From NCBI GenBank assembly GCA_964344725.1, contig CAYFOI010000001.1, forward strand, positions 61,762-125,761: a DNA stretch of 64,000 nucleotides, given 5' to 3'. Below the pieces are notes generated by a model. That model had not been told where the DNA came from and did no database searches. It worked only from the letters and a program-made list of their open reading frames with translations. The position numbers and the translations under genes were made by a program. This DNA comes from an uncultured Candidatus Peribacteria bacterium (lineage in GTDB: Bacteria > Patescibacteriota > Gracilibacteria > UBA1369 > UBA12470). This document shows positions 42,986-51,838 of this stretch, piece after piece. Positions within the stretch are counted from its first letter, which is position 1. Each line of letters starts with the position of its first letter.

Positions 42986-44101
42986 TTAGCTTAGGAAAAA
43001 CTCGCCTTGGCGATGAATTAAACGGAAAGCCTCCATAACTCTAGCTATTTCTTCTTCAGACTCATCACCGCAGATTGTCAAAGGAGATCCGTGGTCTCTT
43101 AGGCGTGCAAAAGTATCCACGACAGGGTCAAGTCCAGAAGCTTCGTGAGGTTCAAGTGCTACACGATTCACCAATATATCGTAGAATCTATCTTGTAAAT
43201 CAGGGAGATGTAGCCAATGCATATCACCTTGCTTAGCACGAAATCCCAACCCCTTGGCAAAAGCATCATAGTCATAATTAACACCTGAAGCTGGAATTAA
43301 AGTAAATCTTTTATCTCTAGCACCTGCTAATGACAAGCATTTCATAGAATCGGCACCGAGATCATAAGCAACATACATAGCAAGTAAGCCGAGAGCTCTA
43401 GAAGGATGTAGTTTTAATGCTTTCTTAAATCTGCCACACGCCTGGACTTTTTCATCATAACCAGCTTTCTTTGGGGACATGCCGCTGCCACAGCGAACAA
43501 TCCTAACAGCTGTACCATCTTCGACCTGTTCAGTATCTAAACCAAGTCGCCAAACTTCTCCAGATATATGAAACCTCTGTCCTTTTTCAACACCTATAGC
43601 CAAATCGACAGAAAATGTCCCTGATCCACTACCACCTTTGCAAGACAAATAACAGCCAGTTCCAGGTATAGTTTCTTTATAAAACATTCCACGTTGTTTA
43701 GAATACTTAGGATGTCTTGCAAAAAAGTCCATTCCAAATCGACTAATCCAAAACTGTGCATTAGTCAAGATCTGATCTAGAACATGATCTAAGTCTGTAG
43801 AGGTAGTCATGTATTTAAAAGCATTAGACTTAAAGAAGTCTTTAAACTGAGTAACAACGCCTAAGTCACCTAGAAACGCAGCAACTCTATCGGATTGATC
43901 TGCAGATGGAGGATCAGAAATAAGACCTTTTAGCTTAAGATACTTCATAAATCCATCAATAACCCTACGAGGCATTTCTACAGATGGAGCAAGATCTAAT
44001 GCTCCCTGATCAGGCAGTAGCAAGCCATCTCCGCCAGGTATAACAAGCCTATCTGTTTTAATCCCTTGATCTTCCATAAGAATAAATATAACGACAGACA
44101 T
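42986..44101 (-). CDS. hypothetical protein (372 aa, no recognised domain)
   Basis: Track ORF trimmed to ATG 44101, because codons 1-31 overlap the tRNA-Gly gene and its terminator. Confidence 0.5.
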   Translation of the reverse strand: MSVVIFILMEDQGIKTDRLVIPGGDGLLLPDQGALDLAPSVEMPRRVIDGFMKYLKLKGLISDPPSADQSDRVAAFLGDLGVVTQFKDFFKSNAFKYMTTSTDLDHVLDQILTNAQFWISRFGMDFFARHPKYSKQRGMFYKETIPGTGCYLSCKGGSGSGTFSVDLAIGVEKGQRFHISGEVWRLGLDTEQVEDGTAVRIVRCGSGMSPKKAGYDEKVQACGRFKKALKLHPSRALGLLAMYVAYDLGADSMKCLSLAGARDKRFTLIPASGVNYDYDAFAKGLGFRAKQGDMHWLHLPDLQDRFYDILVNRVALEPHEASGLDPVVDTFARLRDHGSPLTICGDESEEEIARVMEAFRLIHRQGEFFLS

Positions 44102-44107
44102 AATAAA

Positions 44108-44133
44108 ACAAAAAAGCCTTCTAGTCAAGGCCT
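44108..44133 (-). terminator. weak intrinsic terminator after tRNA-Gly
   Basis: Minus-strand GCCUU-GACUAG-AAGGC followed by UUUUUUGUUUU. Confidence 0.4.
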
Positions 44134-44208
44134 TGGAGCGGGTAACGGGAATTGAACCCGTGTTTACTGATTGGCAACCAGTCGTAATAGCCACTATACG
44201 ATACCCGC
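44134..44208 (-). tRNA. tRNA-Gly (anticodon GCC), CCA encoded
   Basis: Manual cloverleaf: acceptor GCGGGTA/TACCCGC, anticodon stem ACTGG/TCAGT with loop TTGCCAA, T arm ACGGG-TTCAATT-CCCGT, discriminator T, CCA. 75 nt. Confidence 0.9.
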
Positions 44209-44262
44209 CTGTTTTTCGATGTGCGAAGACATTATACGAAATCGAATTCCAAACACAACATT

Positions 44263-44294
44263 AAGATATTTTTAATTCTTAGAGCGACCTAGCG
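44263..44294 (+). repeat. module M3 copy of the mosaic intergenic element
   Basis: AAGATATTTTTAATTCTTAGAGCGACCTAGCG aligns with 55907-55940 and 23023-23057. Confidence 0.5.
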
Positions 44295-44354
44295 ATTAGC
44301 CTCGGGAACTAAAAAAATTAAAAAATCCACAAGCTACTAGCTACAACCTACGAG

Positions 44355-45635
44355 CTATACTTCAGCCTGTCTCTTCATAATCCCCAAAATAACCTGATTA
44401 GTCTTTTCCATACCCGCAACTGTAATTTCCGCTAAATTCTGCATAGTTTTTTCCGCAGTCTCACCAATAATTCCATTTGGTCCTGATGCACGATATCCAT
44501 CCAAAGCTGCAAAAGCCGCAGACAGAGCGCTGTGAGCCGAACTAGCAACTTTCACAGCACAACCCATATTGGCTCCATTACAGAACATCCCTCCAAGATC
44601 ATTCGCTACATTATCAATCGCATAAGTAATAAGTCGCAGATCTTTTTTCTTCTGGTAAACACAAGCCGCAGCCGCACCAACTCCAGCAGCAATAGCACAC
44701 TGGCAGATAGGGGACAACTCTCCGGCAAAAGCTTTCACATAAGCGTTCAGCAGATGCGAAAGGGCAATACTCCTAAGCATCTTTATCCTTCCGATACCAT
44801 AATGCTTTGCCCAAAAATACGGTACCAAAATCGCAACAATACCCTGATTGCCAGACCCTCCGCTGCTCATAACAGGTAGGGACATCCCAGACATACGACC
44901 ATCAGAAGCTGAAGCCACAGCAATTTTCGCTTCAGAAAACAGACCTTTCTTGACTTCACCCATATCTTGTAAACGCTTAACTTCAGCAGCATACCCATCA
45001 TACTTCAGCCCTTCGTGGCTTGCTTCAAGGTTCATCTCAATGCCTTCTTCAATATATTTAAGATCAGCAGGCGTGGCTTGATCAGCCGCTTCAATAAGGT
45101 CTGCAAGAGTGGATCTCTCGAGTTTCTTTTTATATACCGACAAAGTCATGCCCTTTTTATGACCAGACTTTTTCTTGACGCTCACACCATTTTTCTTAAG
45201 CTCAATTAAATTCGTATGACTCTTCACGATTTTAGCGATTCCTTCACCTTTATCTGTTTTCACTTTAACGCGAATATATAAATACGGCTTTGAAAAATTC
45301 GGTTTCAAAACAACCTCATGAGCAGCAAGTAGCTTCTTAGCTTCCTTGAGATCTTTCTTCTGAACATTTTGCAAAACGCTGAGCCCATCTTGTGGATCAC
45401 CGCAAAGAGCTCCAAGAGCCGCAGCAACAGGTATGCCTATTGCACCTTCCGCGCCAGGAATAGCAACATTCATTCCATTCTTGAACGTCCCAGCATCCAA
45501 CATGACAGTCACGCGCCAAACCTTCCCGCCAACAACATTGCTCGCATAAGCAGCAGCAAGCGCTACCGCAACAGGTTCGGTACAACCCATTGCAGGCATC
45601 ACTTCATGCTTGAGAACTGATTTAAGGAGAGTCAT
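44355..45635 (-). CDS. UPF0597 / L-cysteine desulfidase family protein (serine dehydratase alpha-like)
   Basis: N-terminal ...PAMGCTEPVAVALAAAYA is the hallmark of the YhaM/CdsB family; ~426 aa. Confidence 0.7.
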   Translation of the reverse strand: MTLLKSVLKHEVMPAMGCTEPVAVALAAAYASNVVGGKVWRVTVMLDAGTFKNGMNVAIPGAEGAIGIPVAAALGALCGDPQDGLSVLQNVQKKDLKEAKKLLAAHEVVLKPNFSKPYLYIRVKVKTDKGEGIAKIVKSHTNLIELKKNGVSVKKKSGHKKGMTLSVYKKKLERSTLADLIEAADQATPADLKYIEEGIEMNLEASHEGLKYDGYAAEVKRLQDMGEVKKGLFSEAKIAVASASDGRMSGMSLPVMSSGGSGNQGIVAILVPYFWAKHYGIGRIKMLRSIALSHLLNAYVKAFAGELSPICQCAIAAGVGAAAACVYQKKKDLRLITYAIDNVANDLGGMFCNGANMGCAVKVASSAHSALSAAFAALDGYRASGPNGIIGETAEKTMQNLAEITVAGMEKTNQVILGIMKRQAEV

Positions 45636-45636
45636 T

Positions 45637-45710
45637 TAACTAGGAACTAGGGACTAGAAACTAGGAACTCGGAGCCTAGCTAGCTAAATAGCTAACAAGC
45701 TAACTAGCTA
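45637..45710. repeat. CTAGGAA 7-nt array followed by AGCTAANN 8-nt array
   Basis: TAACTAGGAACTAGGGACTAGAAACTAGGAACTCGGAGCCTAGCTAGCTAAATAGCTAACAAGCTAACTAGCTA, ending on the pnp stop. Confidence 0.9.
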
Positions 45711-47836
45711 TCCATGGCATCTTTACGCGACAGATTATACCGTCCCTCTTTGTCGATTTCTAGCAGTTTTACCTTGATTTGATCGCCCTCTTTCACAACA
45801 TCCTCAACTTTCTCGACACGTTTATTCTCAAGTTTAGATATGTGAACTAGACCTTGTTTACCAGGCATGAACTCAACAAAAGCACCAAAATCCATGATCT
45901 TAACAACCTTAGCTTCATAGATAGCACCGACCTCAGGATCGGCAACGATACTTTTGATCCAGTCGATAGCTTTTTGACCTTTCTCCTGGTCTGGAGCGGT
46001 AACCATGACAAGTCCATCATCTTCAATATCGATTTCAACTTCGCATTCAGCGGTGATTTTTTGAATAGTTTCGCCACCTTTGCCAATAACTTCGCGAATC
46101 TTTTCAGGATCAATCTGGATGTTAGTAATCATAGGCGCATAAGGGGACATATTCTCGCGAACAGCGGGGATAGCCTCAAGCATTTTGCCCATAATATGCA
46201 TGCGACCTTCATTAGCTTTTGCGAGTGCCTCACGCATGATGTCTACAGTCAATCCTTTGACTTTAATATCCATCTGCAAAGCCGTAATACCATTCTTAGT
46301 ACCAGTAACCTTGAAGTCCATATCTCCAGCAAAGTCCTCCATTCCTTGGATATCCGAAAGAATCACATACTTTCCACCAGGGGTGAGAACTCCATTTTCA
46401 TTCTCAGTAACAAGCCCCATCGCAATTCCTGAAACAGGAGCAACAATAGGAACTCCAGCATCCATAAGACTAAGAGTAGATCCACAAACGCTAGCCATCG
46501 AGCTTGACCCGTTACAAGCCAAAATCTCCGACACAACACGCATTGTGTAAGCAAACTTCTCTTTCTCAGGAATCATTAGCTCCAAAGCACGTTCCGCTAG
46601 ATAACCATGTCCGATTTCACGTCTAGAAGTCCCGCGTAGTGGCCTAGCTTCTCCAACAGAATAAGGAGGGAAGTTGTAGTGATGCATATACCTTCTAGTA
46701 TCATCTTGGTCCATAGTGTCTACAAGCTGAGCTGCACCTGGAGATCCAAGAGTTGTGATAGTAAGAGCTTGAGTTTCACCTCTTTGAAAAATCGCACTAC
46801 CATGAGTACGAGGAAAAACACCAACCTTACAAGTGATAGGCCTGATTTCTTCTGGTTTACGACCATCTATACGTACTTCTTTATCCAAAATATTCTTACG
46901 CATTCTCTTTTTGAAAGCCGTATCAAGAGCGTCCGCTAAGTCTCTTTCAGTAAACACCTCTTCTTCGAGCTGAGAAGCATATTTTTCTAGAAGTTTATCT
47001 TCAAGAACATGCAATTTGTCCTTAACTTGATTCTTGTCACCCGTAACGCCGTCCAAATCTGCCTCAGTTATAGCCTCTTGGACAGCATTTGCAGCTTCTT
47101 CAGAAACAGCAGCCTCTGTATGTTCACGAACTTCAACACCGACTTTGTCACGAAGTTCTATCTGCAATTCACAAAGCTTCTTAATATGCTGATGAGCCAA
47201 TTCAAGAGCTTCAAGCATTTTCTCTTCAGTTACTTCTTTTGCACCAGCTTCAACCATAGTAATAGCATCAGTAGTACCGGCTACAATCAGATTAAGTTGC
47301 CCTTCTTCTTCTTGTTCAAGAGTTGGATTTACAATAAGTTCATCATTGATCATACCGATCCGAATACCTGCAATAGGCCCTTCGAAAGGCATTCCAGAAA
47401 GCATCAAAGCAGTGCTCGCTGCAGTCATAGCCGTCGTTCCTGGGTCAACCTCCATATCCGCAGACAAGACAGTACAGATAACCTGCACATCATTCCTCAT
47501 CATCTTAGGGAAAAGCGGTCTAAGAGGTCGATCAATCAAACGAGAAGTAAGTACAGCCTTATCCGAAGGTCGACCTTCACGTTTAATGAATCTACTACCG
47601 CTTATTTTGCCAGTAGCGTAAAATTTCTCTTCATAATCGCACATAAGAGGGAAAAAATCAGTGCCCTCCCGAGAGCCACCCATGGTAGTGGTAGCCAAAA
47701 TAACAGTATCGCCTAAGCTGGCAACAACAGATCCATGTGCTTGACCCGCTAATTCGCCAGTTTTCAATGTAAACTCGCGACCAGCAAGATCAATAGAAAC
47801 AGAATGTTCCATGTCTTTTTTAGGGTTAAATTCCAA
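45704..47836 (-). CDS. pnp: polyribonucleotide nucleotidyltransferase (PNPase)
   Basis: Two RNase PH domains, KH (GKGGETIQKI) and S1 (FGAFVEF). The track start is TTG at 47836, and ATG at 47812 (MEHSVS...) is an alternative. Confidence 0.9.
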   Translation of the reverse strand: MEFNPKKDMEHSVSIDLAGREFTLKTGELAGQAHGSVVASLGDTVILATTTMGGSREGTDFFPLMCDYEEKFYATGKISGSRFIKREGRPSDKAVLTSRLIDRPLRPLFPKMMRNDVQVICTVLSADMEVDPGTTAMTAASTALMLSGMPFEGPIAGIRIGMINDELIVNPTLEQEEEGQLNLIVAGTTDAITMVEAGAKEVTEEKMLEALELAHQHIKKLCELQIELRDKVGVEVREHTEAAVSEEAANAVQEAITEADLDGVTGDKNQVKDKLHVLEDKLLEKYASQLEEEVFTERDLADALDTAFKKRMRKNILDKEVRIDGRKPEEIRPITCKVGVFPRTHGSAIFQRGETQALTITTLGSPGAAQLVDTMDQDDTRRYMHHYNFPPYSVGEARPLRGTSRREIGHGYLAERALELMIPEKEKFAYTMRVVSEILACNGSSSMASVCGSTLSLMDAGVPIVAPVSGIAMGLVTENENGVLTPGGKYVILSDIQGMEDFAGDMDFKVTGTKNGITALQMDIKVKGLTVDIMREALAKANEGRMHIMGKMLEAIPAVRENMSPYAPMITNIQIDPEKIREVIGKGGETIQKITAECEVEIDIEDDGLVMVTAPDQEKGQKAIDWIKSIVADPEVGAIYEAKVVKIMDFGAFVEFMPGKQGLVHISKLENKRVEKVEDVVKEGDQIKVKLLEIDKEGRYNLSRKDAMDS

Positions 47837-47884
47837 ATAAAAAAATGACGCAAAAACGCGCCTAAAGATAACTGAGAAACGAAT

Positions 47885-47985
47885 TTTAGGTAGTAGCTTG
47901 TGGCTTGTAGCTTGTAGTATATATTGCGCGAAGCGCTCAATTACTACTGACTAATTCCTACTCTCTACTGACTACTGACTAAAAT
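47885..47985. repeat. tripartite element: GTAG-word arm, TTGCGC-GAA-GCGCTCAA hairpin (47924-47940), CTAC/CTGA-word arm
   Basis: TTTAGGTAGTAGCTTGTGGCTTGTAGCTTGTAGTA...TTGCGCGAAGCGCTCAA...TTACTACTGACTAATTCCTACTCTCTACTGACTACTGACTAA. Confidence 0.85.
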
Positions 47986-48049
47986 TCACCTCCCAGCGCT
48001 GAGGGATTCACGATGAATGCCAAGATTTCAAAGAACTAATATTGTAAGT

Positions 48050-48313
48050 TTATTTGCGAAGTTTCAACTTAGTGACCAATTCGTCATAAGAATCTTTGCT
48101 CTTGTTCTTCAGGTAATTAAGAAGACCTCTTCTTTTTCCAACCATCTGAATAAGACCTCTCCTAGAATGGTTGTCTTTAGGATGAGTCTTCAAATGCTCG
48201 CTCAAATCATTGATTTTCTGAGTTAGAACAGCGATTTGAACCTGTGGAGAGCCAGTATCTTTATCGTGGACTTGATGTTTTTTAATAACTTTCTTCTTTT
48301 TATCGCTCTTCAT
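48050..48313 (-). CDS. rpsO: ribosomal protein uS15
   Basis: [34 protein letters not shown]...; 87 aa; upstream of pnp as in many bacteria. Confidence 0.9.
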   Translation of the reverse strand: MKSDKKKKVIKKHQVHDKDTGSPQVQIAVLTQKINDLSEHLKTHPKDNHSRRGLIQMVGKRRGLLNYLKNKSKDSYDELVTKLKLRK

Positions 48314-48412
48314 TTTGAGTTTAAGTTTAAAAATATTCGCAAAAGAAATTATACTGATAACCTGAAACTAAAGCAAGAGATTTTACAAACAGTCAAATTG
48401 ACGTCAAAATAC

Positions 48413-48440
48413 TTGACAAAACCCAGGCAGCATGTATAAT
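48413..48440 (+). promoter_or_regulatory. promoter TTGACA-N16-TATAAT
   Basis: -35 at 48413-18 and -10 at 48435-40. The -10 overlaps the track ORF start 48439, so that start is unlikely. Confidence 0.6.
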
Positions 48441-48477
48441 GAGCATCCTTTTCACCAATTTTATAACTAAAAATATT

Positions 48478-49080
48478 ATGACAGAAATAACACAAACCAC
48501 AGAGGCACAACGCCCAGGTATCTTGTCACAAGCTATGGGCCTAGCGGGCAAAGCTCTAGACAGAGTCCCCGGTGGACTTAAGCAAGCCCTAAAATACGCT
48601 CCTCTAGCAGTAGCTCTTGTTCTATCTCCAGGATGTCGTAATGACGACAACGGTGATGACTGCGAAGGCAGTTGTGCTGGTGAGGTTGATTCAGGATATA
48701 CTGACGACGATACAGACAATTTAGTCTGTGTAGATTCTAGTGGAGACATAGTGGAGACACAGTGTTCAGACGGAGTTGATAATAATGACGATGGCGTTCA
48801 AGATGCAGATGATCCATACTGTCAGGTTAGCGGAGAATACAATCCATGTGACGACACAGAGTTGTCTGAATGTGATGACCATGTCGACAATGATGGTGAC
48901 GGAGTAATGGATTCAGACGATTCAGACTGTGAAGATGGATACGATGGTAATGAACGAAAAACATGCTATAACGACTTTGATGACGATGGAGACGGATGGA
49001 CTGATAATGAAGATCCAGATTGTGACGGTGAAGACGGAAACTACGACAAGGATTTAGAAGAAGACGGAAGCACTAACTAA
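48478..49080 (+). CDS. secreted/lipoprotein with three Cys-bounded Asp-rich (CxDxxDNDxDGxxDxxDxxC) putative metal/Ca-binding repeats
   Basis: LAVALVLSPGC lipobox-like; repeats CSDGVDNNDDGVQDADDPYC, CDDHVDNDGDGVMDSDDSDC, CYNDFDDDGDGWTDNEDPDC. Confidence 0.6.
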   Translation: MTEITQTTEAQRPGILSQAMGLAGKALDRVPGGLKQALKYAPLAVALVLSPGCRNDDNGDDCEGSCAGEVDSGYTDDDTDNLVCVDSSGDIVETQCSDGVDNNDDGVQDADDPYCQVSGEYNPCDDTELSECDDHVDNDGDGVMDSDDSDCEDGYDGNERKTCYNDFDDDGDGWTDNEDPDCDGEDGNYDKDLEEDGSTN

Positions 49081-49120
49081 TCCTAAATAAGCGTTTAATC
49101 TCCCCTTCAAATAAGCAAAA

Positions 49121-49148
49121 GGCCTCGTAGAAATGCGAGGTCTTTTTT
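49121..49148. terminator. bidirectional intrinsic terminator
   Basis: GGCCTCG-8 nt-CGAGGTC, with T6 downstream on the plus strand and a shorter U-run (UUUUG) downstream on the minus strand. Confidence 0.7.
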
Positions 49149-49168
49149 ACGAAAAGATTTTGTTATTG

Positions 49169-49260
49169 TCGAAAGAGCATCTAGCAGCACTAACAAGATT
49201 TTTGGCGATAGGCGAAAGAACGTACTTATGCGAAGTGAAAGAGCCTATCGACCAAAAATC
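49169..49260. repeat. mosaic element modules M1 + M2; M2 forms a 17-bp long-stem hairpin abutting the corA stop
   Basis: GATTTTTGGCGATAGGC (49197-213) pairs with GCCTATCGACCAAAAATC (49243-60), with one bulged A. The 5' arm is shared with 55864-55880. Confidence 0.7.
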
Positions 49261-50199
49261 TCATAACCATCTCTTCAACTTAAAGAAAAGCAACATCACC
49301 AAAACAACCATCGCCATCGCACCCGTAATACCAATGAAAACTTGAGGATTCTCAGCATAAGGTAGTGCAACATTCATCCCATACAAACCTGTAAGGAACG
49401 TCAGCGGCAGCATGATTACAGAAAAAATCGTAAGAACCTTGATCACATTGTTTGTGGTATGAGAAATTATCGATTCGTTGGTTTCCTGGAGAGAAATCAT
49501 AAGATCTTTCATGCCCTCAAGATTGCTCCAGATTTTCTCAACTTTATCGACCAAATCATCAAAATAAATGTCCAAGTTTTCAGGCAAGAATTGTTTGTTC
49601 TTATGCTCAAGTTGAGCCATAACGGTCCTCTGTGGTCCAATAATCCTCCTCATCGTAATAATATCCTTCTTCAAAATCAAAATATCCTTAAGCATATCAT
49701 GCTGCTCAGTACCCGTACCGAAAACACTTCTTTCAATAGTTTTTGTATTTTTTGAAAGGTAATCCAGAAGTCCAAAAGAATCGTTAAGCATCGCATCAAT
49801 AATTTCATAAAGAAGAAATCCAGTACCATTAGCCATATAAGCACGTCTTTGTTTCAGAGATTCACCACATTTATCAAAAAGCTCATTCAGAGGTTTCAAA
49901 ACTCCGTCATGAATAGTAATCAAGTAATTTTGACCTATAAATATATCGACCTCCTCGGTCACCATCGCCTTACGTCTTTTATCAAAATGAGGGAAATGCA
50001 GAACTATGAATAGATATTTGCCATATTCATCAATCTTTGGCCTTTGATTTTCAGAGGCACAATCTTCAAGATCAAGTTCGTGGAACTTATGTTTCTTTTT
50101 CAGAGCTTCTAAAGTTTCTTGGTCAGGTGCGACAATATCGGTCCAAACTGTCTTCTTAAACTTAACTCTTTCAATTTTTGTTTTTGATTCAGCAGGCAT
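49261..50199 (-). CDS. corA: CorA-family magnesium/cobalt transporter
   Basis: YGMNV motif between two C-terminal TM helices; ~312 aa. Confidence 0.85.
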   Translation of the reverse strand: MPAESKTKIERVKFKKTVWTDIVAPDQETLEALKKKHKFHELDLEDCASENQRPKIDEYGKYLFIVLHFPHFDKRRKAMVTEEVDIFIGQNYLITIHDGVLKPLNELFDKCGESLKQRRAYMANGTGFLLYEIIDAMLNDSFGLLDYLSKNTKTIERSVFGTGTEQHDMLKDILILKKDIITMRRIIGPQRTVMAQLEHKNKQFLPENLDIYFDDLVDKVEKIWSNLEGMKDLMISLQETNESIISHTTNNVIKVLTIFSVIMLPLTFLTGLYGMNVALPYAENPQVFIGITGAMAMVVLVMLLFFKLKRWL

Positions 50200-50282
50200 A
50201 ATTAAATCTGTTAGCCTTCCACTTTAATTTAGGAGCTTCATATGATAAAGTCAACTAAAACCGCCAAAAGTAAAGAAATATA

Positions 50283-51269
50283 ATGGATTACAAAAAGGTA
50301 ATTAAAGATGCTTGGTTTTTGGCTCGTGACGACAGAAGGTTGTTTTGGTGGTGGGCTTTCTTCCCAGCAATTATATCTATTGTCGCTGGCATAGGGATTT
50401 TCATGTATCAGGTCATGGCTTTTAGATATTCTCCAGTAATGCATTCTGGAGAGCATAGTGATAGTTTTATGAGAATGATATTTGAATGGGCATACGATTT
50501 CATGGAAGCAAATACGTCAATTGGAATAGTTTTGATAGTTATCGCAGCAATTGTGACGCTGCTGTATTTCGTATATCCGACTTTTTCCCAGGTTGCTTTG
50601 ATACAACTTATTGCCAGAGTTAGAAATGGACAGCAGGTCAGCATGATCGACGGAATTACATACGGGGCCCTTGGGTTTATGAAGCTTTTTGAGTATCATC
50701 TTATAATAAAAACATTCAGCATAATCACTCTCGCAACGGAGGCTATGTTTGTTTTGAGAAATCTTGGCTGGGATGCGTTCAAAATAATAATAATACCTTT
50801 TGCACTTTTCGGGATATTTGGCTTGGTCCTAATGCTATTTCTGACCTATACGGATTTCTACATCGTTATTGATGAAGAAGGAGTAATTAAATCTATGGGG
50901 AAAAGCGTAAAATTAGTAACCTTGAACTGGAGACATACAATCCTACTTCTGATCTTGATGTTAGTCATAACTCTTAGAATTATTCTCAATATAATTCTAG
51001 TACTACTTGTTCCGTCATTAATATTCTTGGCCGCTGGATTAATAGCAACGGTGACGTTGGCCAAAATAGGTATAATCATAGGTGTATTGGTTGGAATTGT
51101 TGCTCTTCTGTTTGCCGCATATTTCACGGGTATACTAGAGGTGTTTGCAAATGCTGTATGGGTATTCACATTTCTAGAATTAACTGAAAAAGGCGAAATC
51201 AGCGCTCGCGACAAAGGCGAGGTCAAATTTAACGCTAGAGGGGAAGAAGTTACTGAACCAAATACGTAA
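50283..51269 (+). CDS. hypothetical polytopic membrane protein
   Basis: 328 aa, about 6-7 TM, no recognised motif. Confidence 0.5.
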   Translation: MDYKKVIKDAWFLARDDRRLFWWWAFFPAIISIVAGIGIFMYQVMAFRYSPVMHSGEHSDSFMRMIFEWAYDFMEANTSIGIVLIVIAAIVTLLYFVYPTFSQVALIQLIARVRNGQQVSMIDGITYGALGFMKLFEYHLIIKTFSIITLATEAMFVLRNLGWDAFKIIIIPFALFGIFGLVLMLFLTYTDFYIVIDEEGVIKSMGKSVKLVTLNWRHTILLLILMLVITLRIILNIILVLLVPSLIFLAAGLIATVTLAKIGIIIGVLVGIVALLFAAYFTGILEVFANAVWVFTFLELTEKGEISARDKGEVKFNARGEEVTEPNT

Positions 51270-51828
51270 AAGCTAAAAAGACAGCATACACAACTGCAAA
51301 AGCGAAAACCCTTCTCGACATGGCGTCGTAATGGCGTTTGTATTCAAGCTTTGGATTCTTATGTCGCTGAATTTGATAAATAACAATATCCAAAGCATAA
51401 GAAAACAGTATCAAAAGTGCCCCGTAAACGTATAAGTTGCCATTAAAATAAAGCTTGCTAAGAAGTTCAGACTCAATATGTGCCGGTTTGAGATGATAAA
51501 TCAAATAATTCCCTACAAAAAATATTACCAAAATATGAAAGAATTGATCCAAAAAGAATGGATATGATTTTTTCTCTTTATTATATTTCTTTTCATAAAA
51601 AACTTTAGCCCAATCTTGAATAAAATGTGTTACTCCTAGAATAATTAGTGCCCACCAAAGGAGAGCCTGATCTAAATAGGGAAAAAACAAAGCAAGGTTA
51701 ATAGCAATAACAATAAGTACATGGACTAATATGCCCACAGGACTTTTTTGTTTCCATTCGACAAGCTTCCCGGGTTGGAACAAAAAATCTCCAGCTAGAT
51801 GTGCCAAAACAAGAATATATGTAGCCAC
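51250..51828 (-). CDS. DUF3307-like membrane protein
   Basis: LAHLAGDFLFQ and HFIQDWAK motifs. Recognised from memory only. Confidence 0.45.
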   Translation of the reverse strand: MATYILVLAHLAGDFLFQPGKLVEWKQKSPVGILVHVLIVIAINLALFFPYLDQALLWWALIILGVTHFIQDWAKVFYEKKYNKEKKSYPFFLDQFFHILVIFFVGNYLIYHLKPAHIESELLSKLYFNGNLYVYGALLILFSYALDIVIYQIQRHKNPKLEYKRHYDAMSRRVFAFAVVYAVFLAFTYLVQ

Positions 51829-51838
51829 AGGATTTGAA

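Noticed and set aside
44102-44194. First 31 codons of track ORF 42986..44194
   Set aside because: They overlap the tRNA-Gly gene and its terminator on the same strand. The ORF is trimmed to ATG 44101.
47885-47985. GTAG arm and CTAC arm forming one long RNase III-type hairpin in the rpsO-pnp gap (as in the E. coli pnp leader)
   Set aside because: Manual pairing gives only ~6 contiguous bp (GTAGTA/TACTAC) and then frequent mismatches. The arms share word composition but not true complementarity.
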